In this document: positions 51,478-64,000 of the stretch, one piece after another
How the letters are laid out: each line of letters begins with the position of its first letter
Position numbering within the stretch: position 1 is the first letter of the stretch
From: Eledone cirrhosa
Taxonomy: Eukaryota
NCBI GenBank assembly: GCA_964016885.1
Contig: OZ024740.1
Span: forward strand, 413,354,001-413,418,000
Direction: 5' to 3'
Length of the DNA: 64,000 nt
Translations under genes and position numbers: made by a program
Notes under the pieces: model-generated
What the model was told of the DNA's origin: nothing
The model's input: the letters and a program-made list of their open reading frames with translations, nothing else
Database searches by the model: none

Positions 51478-54400
51478 GTCATGCTCTTATAATATAAGTA
51501 AGTGAAACAACTTCAGTCTTACTCTATATTATCAGTAAGTTACACAACTTCATTCTTACTCTTGTAATATAAGTAAGTGAAACAACTTCAGTCTTACGCT
51601 ATATTATCTGAAAGTGATACAACTTCAGTCTTACTCTATAATATCAGTAAGTGAAACAACTTCAGTATTACTCTATATTATCAGTAAGTGAAACAACTTC
51701 AGTCTTACTCTATAATATCAGTAAGTGAAATAACTTCAGTATTACTCTCTAATATCAGTAAGTGACACAACTTCAGTCTTACTCTATATTATCAGTAAGT
51801 GAAACAGCTTCAGTGTTAATATATAATATCAGTAAGTGAAACAATTTCAGTCTTACTCTTATAATATCAGTAAGTGAAACAACTTCAGTCTTAATATATA
51901 TTATCAGTAAGTGAAACTACTTCAGTCTTACTCTATATTATCAGTAAGTGAAACAAATTCAGTCTTATTCTATAATATCAATAAGTGGAACAACTTGAGT
52001 CTTACTCTATATTATCAGTAAGTGAAACAACTTCAGTCTTACTCTATATTATCAGTAAGTGAAACAAATTCAGTCTTACTCTATAATATCAGTAAGTGGA
52101 ACAACTTCAGTCTTACTCTATAATATCAGTAAGTTAAACAACTTCAGTCTTACTCTATAATAACAGTAAGTGAAACAACTTCAGTCTTACTCTATAATAT
52201 CAGTAAGTGAAACAACTTCAGTCTTACTCTATATTATCAGTAAGTGAAACAACTTCAGTTTTACTCTATATTATCAGTAAGTGAAACAACTTCAGTCTTA
52301 CTCTATATTATCAGTAAGTGAAACAAATTCAGTCTTACTCTATAATATCAGTAAGTGAAACAACTTCAGTCTTACTCTATAATAACAGTAAGTGAAACAA
52401 CTTCATGTTTACTCTATACTATCAGTGAGTGAAACAACTTCAGTCTTACTCTATAATATCAGTAAGTGAAACAACTTCAGTCTTACTCTATAATATCAGT
52501 AAGTGAAACAACTTCAGTCTTACTCTATAATATCAGTAAGTGAAACAACTTCAGTCTTACTCTATAATATCAGTAAGTGATACAATTTCAGTCTTACTCT
52601 ATAATAACAGTAAGTGAAACAACTTCATGTTTACTCTATAATATCAGTAAGTGAAACAACTTCAGTCTTACTCTATAATATCAGTAAGTGAAACAACTTC
52701 AGTTTTACTCTATAATATCAGTAAGTGAAATAACTTCAGTCTTACTCTATAATATCAGTGAGTGAACCAACTTCATGTTTACTCTATAATATCAGTAAGT
52801 GAAACAACTTCAGTTTTACTCTATAATATCAGTAAGTGAAATAACTTCAGTCTTACTCTATAATATCAGTAAGTGAACCAACTTCATGTTTACTCTATAA
52901 TATCAGTAAGTGAAATAACTTCAGTCTTACTCTATAATATCAGTGAGTGAAACAACTTCAGTCTTACTCAATATTATCAGTAAGTGAAACAACTTCAGTC
53001 TTACTCAATATTATCAGTACGTGTAACAACTTCAGTCTTACTTTATATTATCAGTAAGTGAAACAACTTCAGTGTTACTCTATATTATCAGTAAGTGAAA
53101 CGACTTCCGTCTTACTCTATATTATCAGTAAGTGAAACAACTTCAGTGTTACTCTTATATTATCAGTAAGTGAAACAACTTCAGTGTTACTCTATATTAT
53201 CAGTAAGTGAAACAACTTCAGTGTTACTCTATATTATCAGTAAGTGAAACAACTTCAGACTTACTCTATATTATCAGTAAGTGAAACAACTTCAGTCTTA
53301 CTCTGTAATATCAGTAAGTAAAACAGCATCAGTGTTACTCTATATTTGTTTCTACTTTTAGGCACAAGGCCAGCAATAACCCAGTACATTACTGGTACTT
53401 TATTTTATCGACCCCGTAAGAATGAAAGGCAAAGTCAACCCCGGCGGGACTTGAACTCCACCGTAAAGGGACGTAACAAAGCTGGAAAGCATGGCGTCCG
53501 ATCTTCTAACGATACTGCCAATCCACCACCTACCGATACTGCCAATCCACCGCCTTGTTACTCTATATTATCAGTAAGTCATACAACTTCAGTCTCACTC
53601 TATATTATCAGTAAGTGAAACAACTTCAGTCTTACTCTATATTATCAGTAAGTGAAACAACTTCAGTCTTACTCTATATTATCAGTAAGTGAAACAACTT
53701 CAGTGTTACTCTTATATTATCAGTAAGTGAAACAACTTCAGTGTTACTCTTATATTATCAGTAAGTGAAACAACTTCAGTCTTAGTCTATATTATCAGTA
53801 AGTGAAACAACTTCAGTCTTACTCTATATTATCAGTAAGTGAAACAACTTCAGTGTTACTCTTATATTATCAGTAAGTGAAACAACTTCAGTCTTAGTCT
53901 ATATTATCAGTAGGTGAAACAACTTCAGTGTTACTCTTATATTATCAGTAAGTGAAACAACTGCAGTCTTAGTCTATATTATCAGTAGGTGAAACAACTT
54001 CAGTCTTACTCTATAATATCAGTAAGTGAAACAACTTCTGTCGTACTCTATAATATCAGTAAGTGAAACAACTTCAGTCTTACTCTATATTATCAGTAAG
54101 AGAAACAACTTCAGTGTTATTCTATTTCATCAGTAAGTGAAACAACATCAGTGTTACTCTATATTATCAGTAAGTGAAACAACTTCAGTCTTACTCTATT
54201 TTATCAGTAAGTCAAACAACTTCAGTCTTACTCTATAATAACAGTAAGTGAAACAACTTCATGTTTACTCTATACTATCAGTGAGTGAAACAACTTCAGT
54301 CTTACTCTATAATATCAGTAAGTGAAACAACTTCAGTCTTACTCTATAATATCAGTAAGTGAAACAACTTCAGTCTTACTCTATAATATCAGTAAGTGAA

Positions 54401-57400
54401 ACAACTTCAGTCTTACTCTATAATATCAGTAAGTGATACAATTTCAGTCTTACTCTATAATAACAGTAAGTGAAACAACTTCATGTTTACTCTATAATAT
54501 CAGTAAGTGAAACAACTTCAGTCTTACTCTATAATATCAGTAAGTGAAACAACTTCAGTTTTACTCTATAATATCAGTAAGTGAAATAACTTCAGTCTTA
54601 CTCTATAATATCAGTGAGTGAACCAACTTCATGTTTACTCTATAATATCAGTAAGTGAAACAACTTCAGTTTTACTCTATAATATCAGTAAGTGAAATAA
54701 CTTCAGTCTTACTCTATAATATCAGTAAGTGAACCAACTTCATGTTTACTCTATAATATCAGTAAGTGAAATAACTTCAGTCTTACTCTATAATATCAGT
54801 GAGTGAAACAACTTCAGTCTTACTCAATATTATCAGTAAGTGAAACAACTTCAGTCTTACTCAATATTATCAGTACGTGTAACAACTTCAGTCTTACTTT
54901 ATATTATCAGTAAGTGAAACAACTTCAGTGTTACTCTATATTATCAGTAAGTGAAACGACTTCCGTCTTACTCTATATTATCAGTAAGTGAAACAACTTC
55001 AGTGTTACTCTTATATTATCAGTAAGTGAAACAACTTCAGTGTTACTCTATATTATCAGTAAGTGAAACAACTTCAGACTTACTCTATATTATCAGTAAG
55101 TGAAACAACTTCAGTCTTACTCTGTAATATCAGTAAGTAAAACAGCATCAGTGTTACTCTATATTTGTTTCTACTTTTAGGCACAAGGCCAGCAATAACC
55201 CAGTACATTACTGGTACTTTATTTTATCGACCCCGTAAGAATGAAAGGCAAAGTCAACCTCGGCGGGACTTGAACTCCACCGTAAAGGGACGTAACAAAG
55301 CTGGAAAGCATGGCGTCCGATCTTCTAACGATACTGCCAATCCACCACCTACCGATACTGCCAATCCACCGCCTTGTTACTCTATATTATCAGTAAGTCA
55401 TACAACTTCAGTCTCACTCTATATTATCAGTAAGTGAAACAACTTCAGTCTTACTCTATATTATCAGTAAGTGAAACAACTTCAGTCTTACTCTATATTA
55501 TCAGTAAGTGAAACAACTTCAGTGTTACTCTTATATTATCAGTAAGTGAAACAACTTCAGTGTTACTCTTATATTATCAGTAAGTGAAACAACTTCAGTC
55601 TTAGTCTATATTATCAGTAAGTGAAACAACTTCAGTCTTACTCTATATTATCAGTAAGTGAAACAACTTCAGTGTTACTCTTATATTATCAGTAAGTGAA
55701 ACAACTTCAGTCTTAGTCTATATTATCAGTAGGTGAAACAACTTCAGTGTTACTCTTATATTATCAGTAAGTGAAACAACTGCAGTCTTAGTCTATATTA
55801 TCAGTAGGTGAAACAACTTCAGTCTTACTCTATAATATCAGTAAGTGAAACAACTTCTGTCGTACTCTATAATATCAGTAAGTGAAACAACTTCAGTCTT
55901 ACTCTATATTATCAGTAAGAGAAACAACTTCAGTGTTATTCTATTTCATCAGTAAGTGAAACAACATCAGTGTTACTCTATATTATCAGTAAGTGAAACA
56001 ACTTCAGTCTTACTCTATTTTATCAGTAAGTCAAACAACTTCAGTCTTACTCTATAATAACAGTAAGTGAAACAACTTCATGTTTACTCTATACTATCAG
56101 TGAGTGAAACAACTTCAGTCTTACTCTATAATATCAGTAAGTGAAACAACTTCAGTCTTACTCTATAATATCAGTAAGTGAAACAACTTCAGTCTTACTC
56201 TATAATATCAGTAAGTGAAACAACTTCAGTCTTACTCTATAATATCAGTAAGTGATACAATTTCAGTCTTACTCTATAATAACAGTAAGTGAAACAACTT
56301 CATGTTTACTCTATAATATCAGTAAGTGAAACAACTTCAGTCTTACTCTATAATATCAGTAAGTGAAACAACTTCAGTTTTACTCTATAATATCAGTAAG
56401 TGAAATAACTTCAGTCTTACTCTATAATATCAGTGAGTGAACCAACTTCATGTTTACTCTATAATATCAGTAAGTGAAACAACTTCAGTTTTACTCTATA
56501 ATATCAGTAAGTGAAATAACTTCAGTCTTACTCTATAATATCAGTAAGTGAACCAACTTCATGTTTACTCTATAATATCAGTAAGTGAAATAACTTCAGT
56601 CTTACTCTATAATATCAGTGAGTGAAACAACTTCAGTCTTACTCAATATTATCAGTAAGTGAAACAACTTCAGTCTTACTCAATATTATCAGTACGTGTA
56701 ACAACTTCAGTCTTACTTTATATTATCAGTAAGTGAAACAACTTCAGTGTTACTCTATATTATCAGTAAGTGAAACGACTTCCGTCTTACTCTATATTAT
56801 CAGTAAGTGAAACAACTTCAGTGTTACTCTTATATTATCAGTAAGTGAAACAACTTCAGTGTTACTCTATATTATCAGTAAGTGAAACAACTTCAGACTT
56901 ACTCTATATTATCAGTAAGTGAAACAACTTCAGTCTTACTCTGTAATATCAGTAAGTAAAACAGCATCAGTGTTACTCTATATTTGTTTCTACTTTTAGG
57001 CACAAGGCCAGCAATAACCCAGTACATTACTGGTACTTTATTTTATCGACCCCGTAAGAATGAAAGGCAAAGTCAACCTCGGCGGGACTTGAACTCCACC
57101 GTAAAGGGACGTAACAAAGCTGGAAAGCATGGCGTCCGATCTTCTAACGATACTGCCAATCCACCACCTACCGATACTGCCAATCCACCGCCTTGTTACT
57201 CTATATTATCAGTAAGTCATACAACTTCAGTCTCACTCTATATTATCAGTAAGTGAAACAACTTCAGTCTTACTCTATATTATCAGTAAGTGAAACAACT
57301 TCAGTCTTACTCTATATTATCAGTAAGTGAAACAACTTCAGTGTTACTCTTATATTATCAGTAAGTGAAACAACTTCAGTGTTACTCTTATATTATCAGT

Positions 57401-60400
57401 AAGTGAAACAACTTCAGTCTTAGTCTATATTATCAGTAAGTGAAACAACTTCAGTCTTACTCTATATTATCAGTAAGTGAAACAACTTCAGTGTTACTCT
57501 TATATTATCAGTAAGTGAAACAACTTCAGTCTTAGTCTATATTATCAGTAGGTGAAACAACTTCAGTGTTACTCTTATATTATCAGTAAGTGAAACAACT
57601 GCAGTCTTAGTCTATATTATCAGTAGGTGAAACAACTTCAGTCTTACTCTATAATATCAGTAAGTGAAACAACTTCTGTCGTACTCTATAATATCAGTAA
57701 GTGAAACAACTTCAGTCTTACTCTATATTATCAGTAAGAGAAACAACTTCAGTGTTATTCTATTTCATCAGTAAGTGAAACAACATCAGTGTTACTCTAT
57801 ATTATCAGTAAGTGAAACAACTTCAGTCTTACTCTATTTTATCAGTAAGTCAAACAACTTCAGTCTTACTCTATAATAACAGTAAGTGAAACAACTTCAT
57901 GTTTACTCTATACTATCAGTGAGTGAAACAACTTCAGTCTTACTCTATAATATCAGTAAGTGAAACAACTTCAGTCTTACTCTATAATATCAGTAAGTGA
58001 AACAACTTCAGTCTTACTCTATAATATCAGTAAGTGAAACAACTTCAGTCTTACTCTATAATATCAGTAAGTGATACAATTTCAGTCTTACTCTATAATA
58101 ACAGTAAGTGAAACAACTTCATGTTTACTCTATAATATCAGTAAGTGAAACAACTTCAGTCTTACTCTATAATATCAGTAAGTGAAACAACTTCAGTTTT
58201 ACTCTATAATATCAGTAAGTGAAATAACTTCAGTCTTACTCTATAATATCAGTGAGTGAACCAACTTCATGTTTACTCTATAATATCAGTAAGTGAAACA
58301 ACTTCAGTTTTACTCTATAATATCAGTAAGTGAAATAACTTCAGTCTTACTCTATAATATCAGTAAGTGAACCAACTTCATGTTTACTCTATAATATCAG
58401 TAAGTGAAATAACTTCAGTCTTACTCTATAATATCAGTGAGTGAAACAACTTCAGTCTTACTCAATATTATCAGTAAGTGAAACAACTTCAGTCTTACTC
58501 AATATTATCAGTACGTGTAACAACTTCAGTCTTACTTTATATTATCAGTAAGTGAAACAACTTCAGTGTTACTCTATATTATCAGTAAGTGAAACGACTT
58601 CCGTCTTACTCTATATTATCAGTAAGTGAAACAACTTCAGTGTTACTCTTATATTATCAGTAAGTGAAACAACTTCAGTGTTACTCTATATTATCAGTAA
58701 GTGAAACAACTTCAGTGTTACTCTATATTATCAGTAAGTGAAACAACTTCAGACTTACTCTATATTATCAGTAAGTGAAACAACTTCAGTCTTACTCTGT
58801 AATATCAGTAAGTAAAACAGCATCAGTGTTACTCTATATTTGTTTCTACTTTTAGGCACAAGGCCAGCAATAACCCAGTACATTACTGGTACTTTATTTT
58901 ATCGACCCCGTAAGAATGAAAGGCAAAGTCAACCTCGGCGGGACTTGAACTCCACCGTAAAGGGACGTAACAAAGCTGGAAAGCATGGCGTCCGATCTTC
59001 TAACGATACTGCCAATCCACCACCTACCGATACTGCCAATCCACCGCCTTGTTACTCTATATTATCAGTAAGTCATACAACTTCAGTCTCACTCTATATT
59101 ATCAGTAAGTGAAACAACTTCAGTCTTACTCTATATTATCAGTAAGTGAAACAACTTCAGTCTTACTCTATATTATCAGTAAGTGAAACAACTTCAGTGT
59201 TACTCTTATATTATCAGTAAGTGAAACAACTTCAGTGTTACTCTTATATTATCAGTAAGTGAAACAACTTCAGTCTTAGTCTATATTATCAGTAAGTGAA
59301 ACAACTTCAGTCTTACTCTATATTATCAGTAAGTGAAACAACTTCAGTGTTACTCTTATATTATCAGTAAGTGAAACAACTTCAGTCTTAGTCTATATTA
59401 TCAGTAGGTGAAACAACTTCAGTGTTACTCTTATATTATCAGTAAGTGAAACAACTGCAGTCTTAGTCTATATTATCAGTAGGTGAAACAACTTCAGTCT
59501 TACTCTATAATATCAGTAAGTGAAACAACTTCTGTCGTACTCTATAATATCAGTAAGTGAAACAACTTCAGTCTTACTCTATATTATCAGTAAGAGAAAC
59601 AACTTCAGTGTTATTCTATTTCATCAGTAAGTGAAACAACATCAGTGTTACTCTATATTATCAGTAAGTGAAACAACTTCAGTCTTACTCTATTTTATCA
59701 GTAAGTCAAACAACTTCAGTCTTAATCTATATTATCAGGAAGTGAAACAATTTCAGTGTTACTCTATATTATCAGTAAGTGAAACAACTTCAGTCTTACT
59801 CTATAATATCTGTAAGTGAAACAACTTCAGTCTTACTCTATAATAACAGTAAGTGAAACAACTTCATGTTTACTCTATAATATCAGTGAGTGAAACAACT
59901 TCAGTCTTACTCTATAATATCAGTAAGTGAAACAACTTCAGTCTTACTCTATAATATCAGTAAGTGAAATAACTTCAGTCTTACTCTATAATATCAGTAA
60001 GTGAACCAACTTCATGTTTACTCTATAATATCAGTAAGTGAAACAACTTCAGTCTTACTCTATATTATCAGTAAGTGAAACAACTTCATGTTCACTCTAT
60101 AATATCAGTGAGTGAAACAACTTCAGTCTTACTCAATATTATCAGTAAGTGAAACAACTTCAGTCTTACTCAATATTATCAGTACGTGTAACAACTTCAG
60201 TCTTACTTTATATTATCAGTAAGTGAAACAACTTCAGTGTTACTCTATATTATCGGTAAGTGAAACGACTTCCGTCTTACTCTATATTATCAGTAAGTGA
60301 AACAACTTCAGTGTTACTCTTATATTATCAGTAAGTGAAACAACTTCAGTCTTACTCTATTTTATCAGTAAGTCAAACAACTTCAGTCTTAATCTATATT

Positions 60401-63400
60401 ATCAGGAAGTGAAACAATTTCAGTGTTACTCTATATTATCAGTAAGTGAAACAACTTCAGTCTTACTCTATAATATCTGTAAGTGAAACAACTTCAGTCT
60501 TACACTATATTATCAGTAAGTGAAACAACTTCAGTGTTACTCTTATATTATCAGTAAGTGAAACAATTTCAGTCTTACTCTATATTATCAGTAAGTGAAA
60601 CAACTTCAGTCTTACTTAATATTATCAGTAAGTGAAACAACTTTAGTCATACTCTATAATATCAGTAGGTGAAACAGCTTCAGTGTTACTCTATATTATC
60701 AGTAAGTGAAACAACTTCAGTCTTACTCTATATTATCATTAAGTGAAACAGCATCAGTCTTACTCTGTATTATCAGTAGGTGAAACAACTTCAGTCTTAC
60801 TCTATATTATCATTAAGTGAAACAACTTCAGTCTTACTCTATATTATCATTAAGTGAAACAACTTCAGTCTTACTTTATATTATCAGTAAGTGAAATAAC
60901 TTCAGCCTTACTCTATATAATTAGAAAGTGAAACAACTTCAGTCTTACTCTATGTTATCAGTAAGTGAAACAACTTCAGTGTTACTCTATATTATCAGTA
61001 AGTGAAACAAATTCAGTGTTACTCTATATTATCAGTAAGTGAAACGACTTCCGTCTTACTCTATATTATCAGTAAGTGAAACAACTTCAGTGTTACTCTT
61101 ATATTATCAGTAAGTGAAACAACTTGAGTGTTACTCTATATTATCAGTAAGTGAAACAACTTCAGACTTACTCTATATTATCAGTAAGTGAAACAACTTC
61201 AGTCTTACTCTGTAATATCAGTAAGTGAAACAGCATCAGTGTTACTCTATATTTGTTTCTACTTTTAGGCACAAGGCCAGCAATAACCCAGTACATTACT
61301 GGTACTATATTTTATCGACCCCGTAAGAATGAAAGGCAAAGTCAACCTCAGCCTTACTCTATATAATTAGAAAGTGAAACAACTTCAGTCTTACTCTATA
61401 TTATCAGTAAGTGAAACAACTTCAGTCTTACTCTATTTTATCAGTAAGTCAAACAACTTCAGTCTTAATCTATATTATCAGTAAGTGAAAAAACTTCAGT
61501 CTTACTCTATAATATCTGTAAGTGAAAAAACTTCAGTCTTACTCTATATTATCAGTAAGTGAAACAACTTCAGTGTTACTCTTATATTATCAGTAAGTGA
61601 AACAACTTCAGTCTTAGTCTATATTATCAGTAAGTGAAAAAACTTCAGTCTTACTCTATATTATCAGTAAGTGAAACAACTTCAGTGTTACTCTTATATT
61701 ATCAGTAAGTGAAACAACTTCAGTCTTAGTCTATATTATCAGTAGGTGAAACAACTTCAGTGTTACTCTTATATTATCAGTAAGTGAAACAACTGCAGTC
61801 TTAGTCTATATTATCAGTAGGTGAAACAACTTCAGTCTTACTCTATAATATCAGTAAGTGAAACAACTTCTGTCGTACTCTATAATATCAGTAAGTGAAA
61901 CAACTTCAGTCTTACTCTATATTATCAGTAAGAGAAACAACTTCAGTGTTATTCTATTTTATCAGTAAGTGAAACAACTTCAGTCTTACTCTATTTTATC
62001 AGTAAGTCAAACAACTTCAGTCTTACTCTATATTATCAGGAAGTGAAACAATTTCAGTGTTACTCTATAATATCAGTAAGTGAAACAACTTCAGTCTTAC
62101 TCTATAATATCTGTAAGTGAAACAACTTCAGTCTTACTCTATATTATCAGTAAGTGAAACAACTTCAGTGTTACTCTTATATTATCAGTAAGTGAAACAA
62201 TTTCAGTCTTACTCTATATTATCAGTAAGTGAAACAACTTCAGTCATACTCTATAATATCAGTAGGTGAAACAGCTTCAGTGTTACTCTATATTATCAGT
62301 AAGTGAAACAACTTCAGTCTTACTCTATGTTATCATTAAGTGAAACAGCATCAGTCTTACTCTGTATTATCAGTAGGTGAAACAACTTCAGTCTTACTCT
62401 ATATTATCATTAAGTGAAACAACTTCAGTCTTACTCTATATTATCATTAAGTGAAACAACTTCAGTCTTACTTTATATTATCAGTAAGTGAAACAACTTC
62501 AGCCTTACTCTATATAATTAGAAAGTGAAACAACTTCAGTCTTACTCTATTTTATCAGTAAGTGAAGCAACTTCAGTCTTACTCTATATTATCAGTAAGT
62601 GAAACAAATTCAGTCTTACTCTATAATATCAGTAAGTGAAACAACTTCAGTCTTACTCTATATTATCAGTAAGTGAAACAAATTCAGTCTTACTCTATAA
62701 TATCAGTAAGTGAAACAATTTCAGTCTTACTCTATAATAACAGTAAGTGAAACAACTTCATGTTTACTCTATAATATCAGTGAGTGAAACAATTTCAGTC
62801 TTACTCTATAATATCAGTAAGTGAAACAACTTCAGTCTTACTCTATAATATCAGTAAGTGATACAATTTCAGTCTTACTCTATAATAACAGTAAGTGAAA
62901 CAACTTCATGTTTACTCTATAATATCAGTAAGTGAAACAACTTCAGTCATACTCTATAATATCAGTAAGTGAAACAACTTCATTCTTACTCTATAATATC
63001 AGTAAGTGAAACAACTTCAGTCATACTCTATAATATCAGTAAGTGATACAACTTCAGTCTTACTCTATAATATCAGTAAGTGAAACAACTTCAGTCTCAC
63101 TCTATAATATCAGTAAGTGAAACAACTTCAGTCATACTCTATAATATCAGTAAGTCATACAACTTCAGTCTCACTCTATATTATCAGTAAGTGAAACAAC
63201 TTCAGTGTTACTCTATATTATCAGTAAGTGAAACAACTTCCGTCTTACTCCATAATATCAGTAACTGAAACAACTTCAGTCTTACTTTATATTATCAGTA
63301 AGTGAAACAACTTCAGTGTTACTCTATATTATCAGTAAGTGAAACAACTTCAGTCTTACTCTATATTATCAGTAAGTGAAACAACTTCAGTCTTACTCCG

Positions 63401-64000
63401 TATTATCAATAAGTGAAACAACTTCAGTCTTACTTTATATTATCAGTAAGTGAAACAACTTCAGTGTTACTCTATATTATCAGTAAGTGAAACAACTTCA
63501 GTCTTACTCTATATTATCAGTAAGTGAAACAACTTCAGTGTTACTCTATAATATCAGTAAGTGAAACGGCATCAGTGTTACATTATATTTGTTTCTACAT
63601 TTAGGCACAAGGCCAGCAATAACCCAGTACATTACTGGTACTATATTTTATCGACCCCGTAAGAATGAAAGGCAAAGTCAACCTCGGTGGGACTTGAACT
63701 CCATCGTAAAGGGACGTAACAATGCTGGAAAGCTAGGCCTCTGATCCTCTAACGATACTGCCAATCCACCACCTACCGATACTGCCAATCCACCGCATTG
63801 TTACTCTATATTATCAGTAAGTCATACAACTTCAGTCTTACTCTATATTATCAGTAAGTGAAACAACTTTAGTCTTACTTAATATTATCACAAAGTGAAA
63901 CAACTTCAGTCTTACTCTATATTATCATTAAGTGAAACAGCATCAGTCTTACTCTGTATTATCAGTAAGTGAAACAACTTCAGTCTTACTCTATATTATC
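51478..64000. repeat. 37-bp satellite array (consensus ATCAGTAAGTGAAACAACTTCAGTCTTACTCTATATT) with ~1.82-kb higher-order repeat; runs off the window
   Basis: Monomer counted directly; identical ORFs recur at 53346, 55165, 56984 and 58840 (periods 1819, 1819, 1856). Confidence 0.97.
53347..53555 (-). mobile_element. Nin/Deu-family SINE in the satellite; amplified copies at 55166-55374, 56985-57193, 58841-59049, 61254-61349 (truncated) and 63590-63798
   Basis: Family match, 14-bp TSD TGTTACTCTATATT, shared 24-bp head duplication. Confidence 0.92.

Noticed and set aside
53346-59112. Four identical 90-aa ORFs as a tandem gene family
   Set aside because: They are antisense readings of the amplified SINE plus satellite
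51478-64000. CRISPR array (37-bp hairpin repeats containing GAAAC)
   Set aside because: Repeats are head-to-tail with no unique spacers, no cas genes, and a eukaryotic context; the only interruptions are copies of one SINE
51478-64000. Hammerhead-bearing satellite like newt or schistosome satellites
   Set aside because: CTGAAG/CTGATAA and GAAAC lie on opposite strands; no core can be assembled

Overview
AT-rich, (TA)n/(CA)n-dense animal genomic DNA. The SINE set and microsatellite load suggest a mollusc, probably a cephalopod (inference). No complete host gene is visible; nearly all short ORFs in the track are microsatellite or antisense noise. 1-51 kb is a mobile-element graveyard dominated by Penelope-like retroelements (PLEs: RT plus GIY-YIG). 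It holds two near full-length decayed copies (16.1-21.0 kb minus, 40.5-43.4 kb plus), several 3' fragments and many solo or fold-back pseudo-LTRs (pLTRs). Folding by eye gives about 20 type I hammerhead ribozyme (HHR) motifs from at least ten sequence families. These include a multi-copy family with a non-canonical CAGAAGA (U4A) core, two families with the U3-A8 core swap, and fold-back units with one HHR on each strand. Also present: Nin/Deu-type and CORE-like tRNA-SINEs, RTE and CRE LINE 3' ends, a deleted mariner, a Helitron end, a full-length U2 snRNA variant with an altered branch-point recognition sequence, and a candidate CpG promoter with first coding exon. 51.5-64 kb is a 37-bp hairpin satellite with a ~1.82-kb higher-order repeat that has amplified one SINE insertion. 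All structures were folded by hand; no searches were run.
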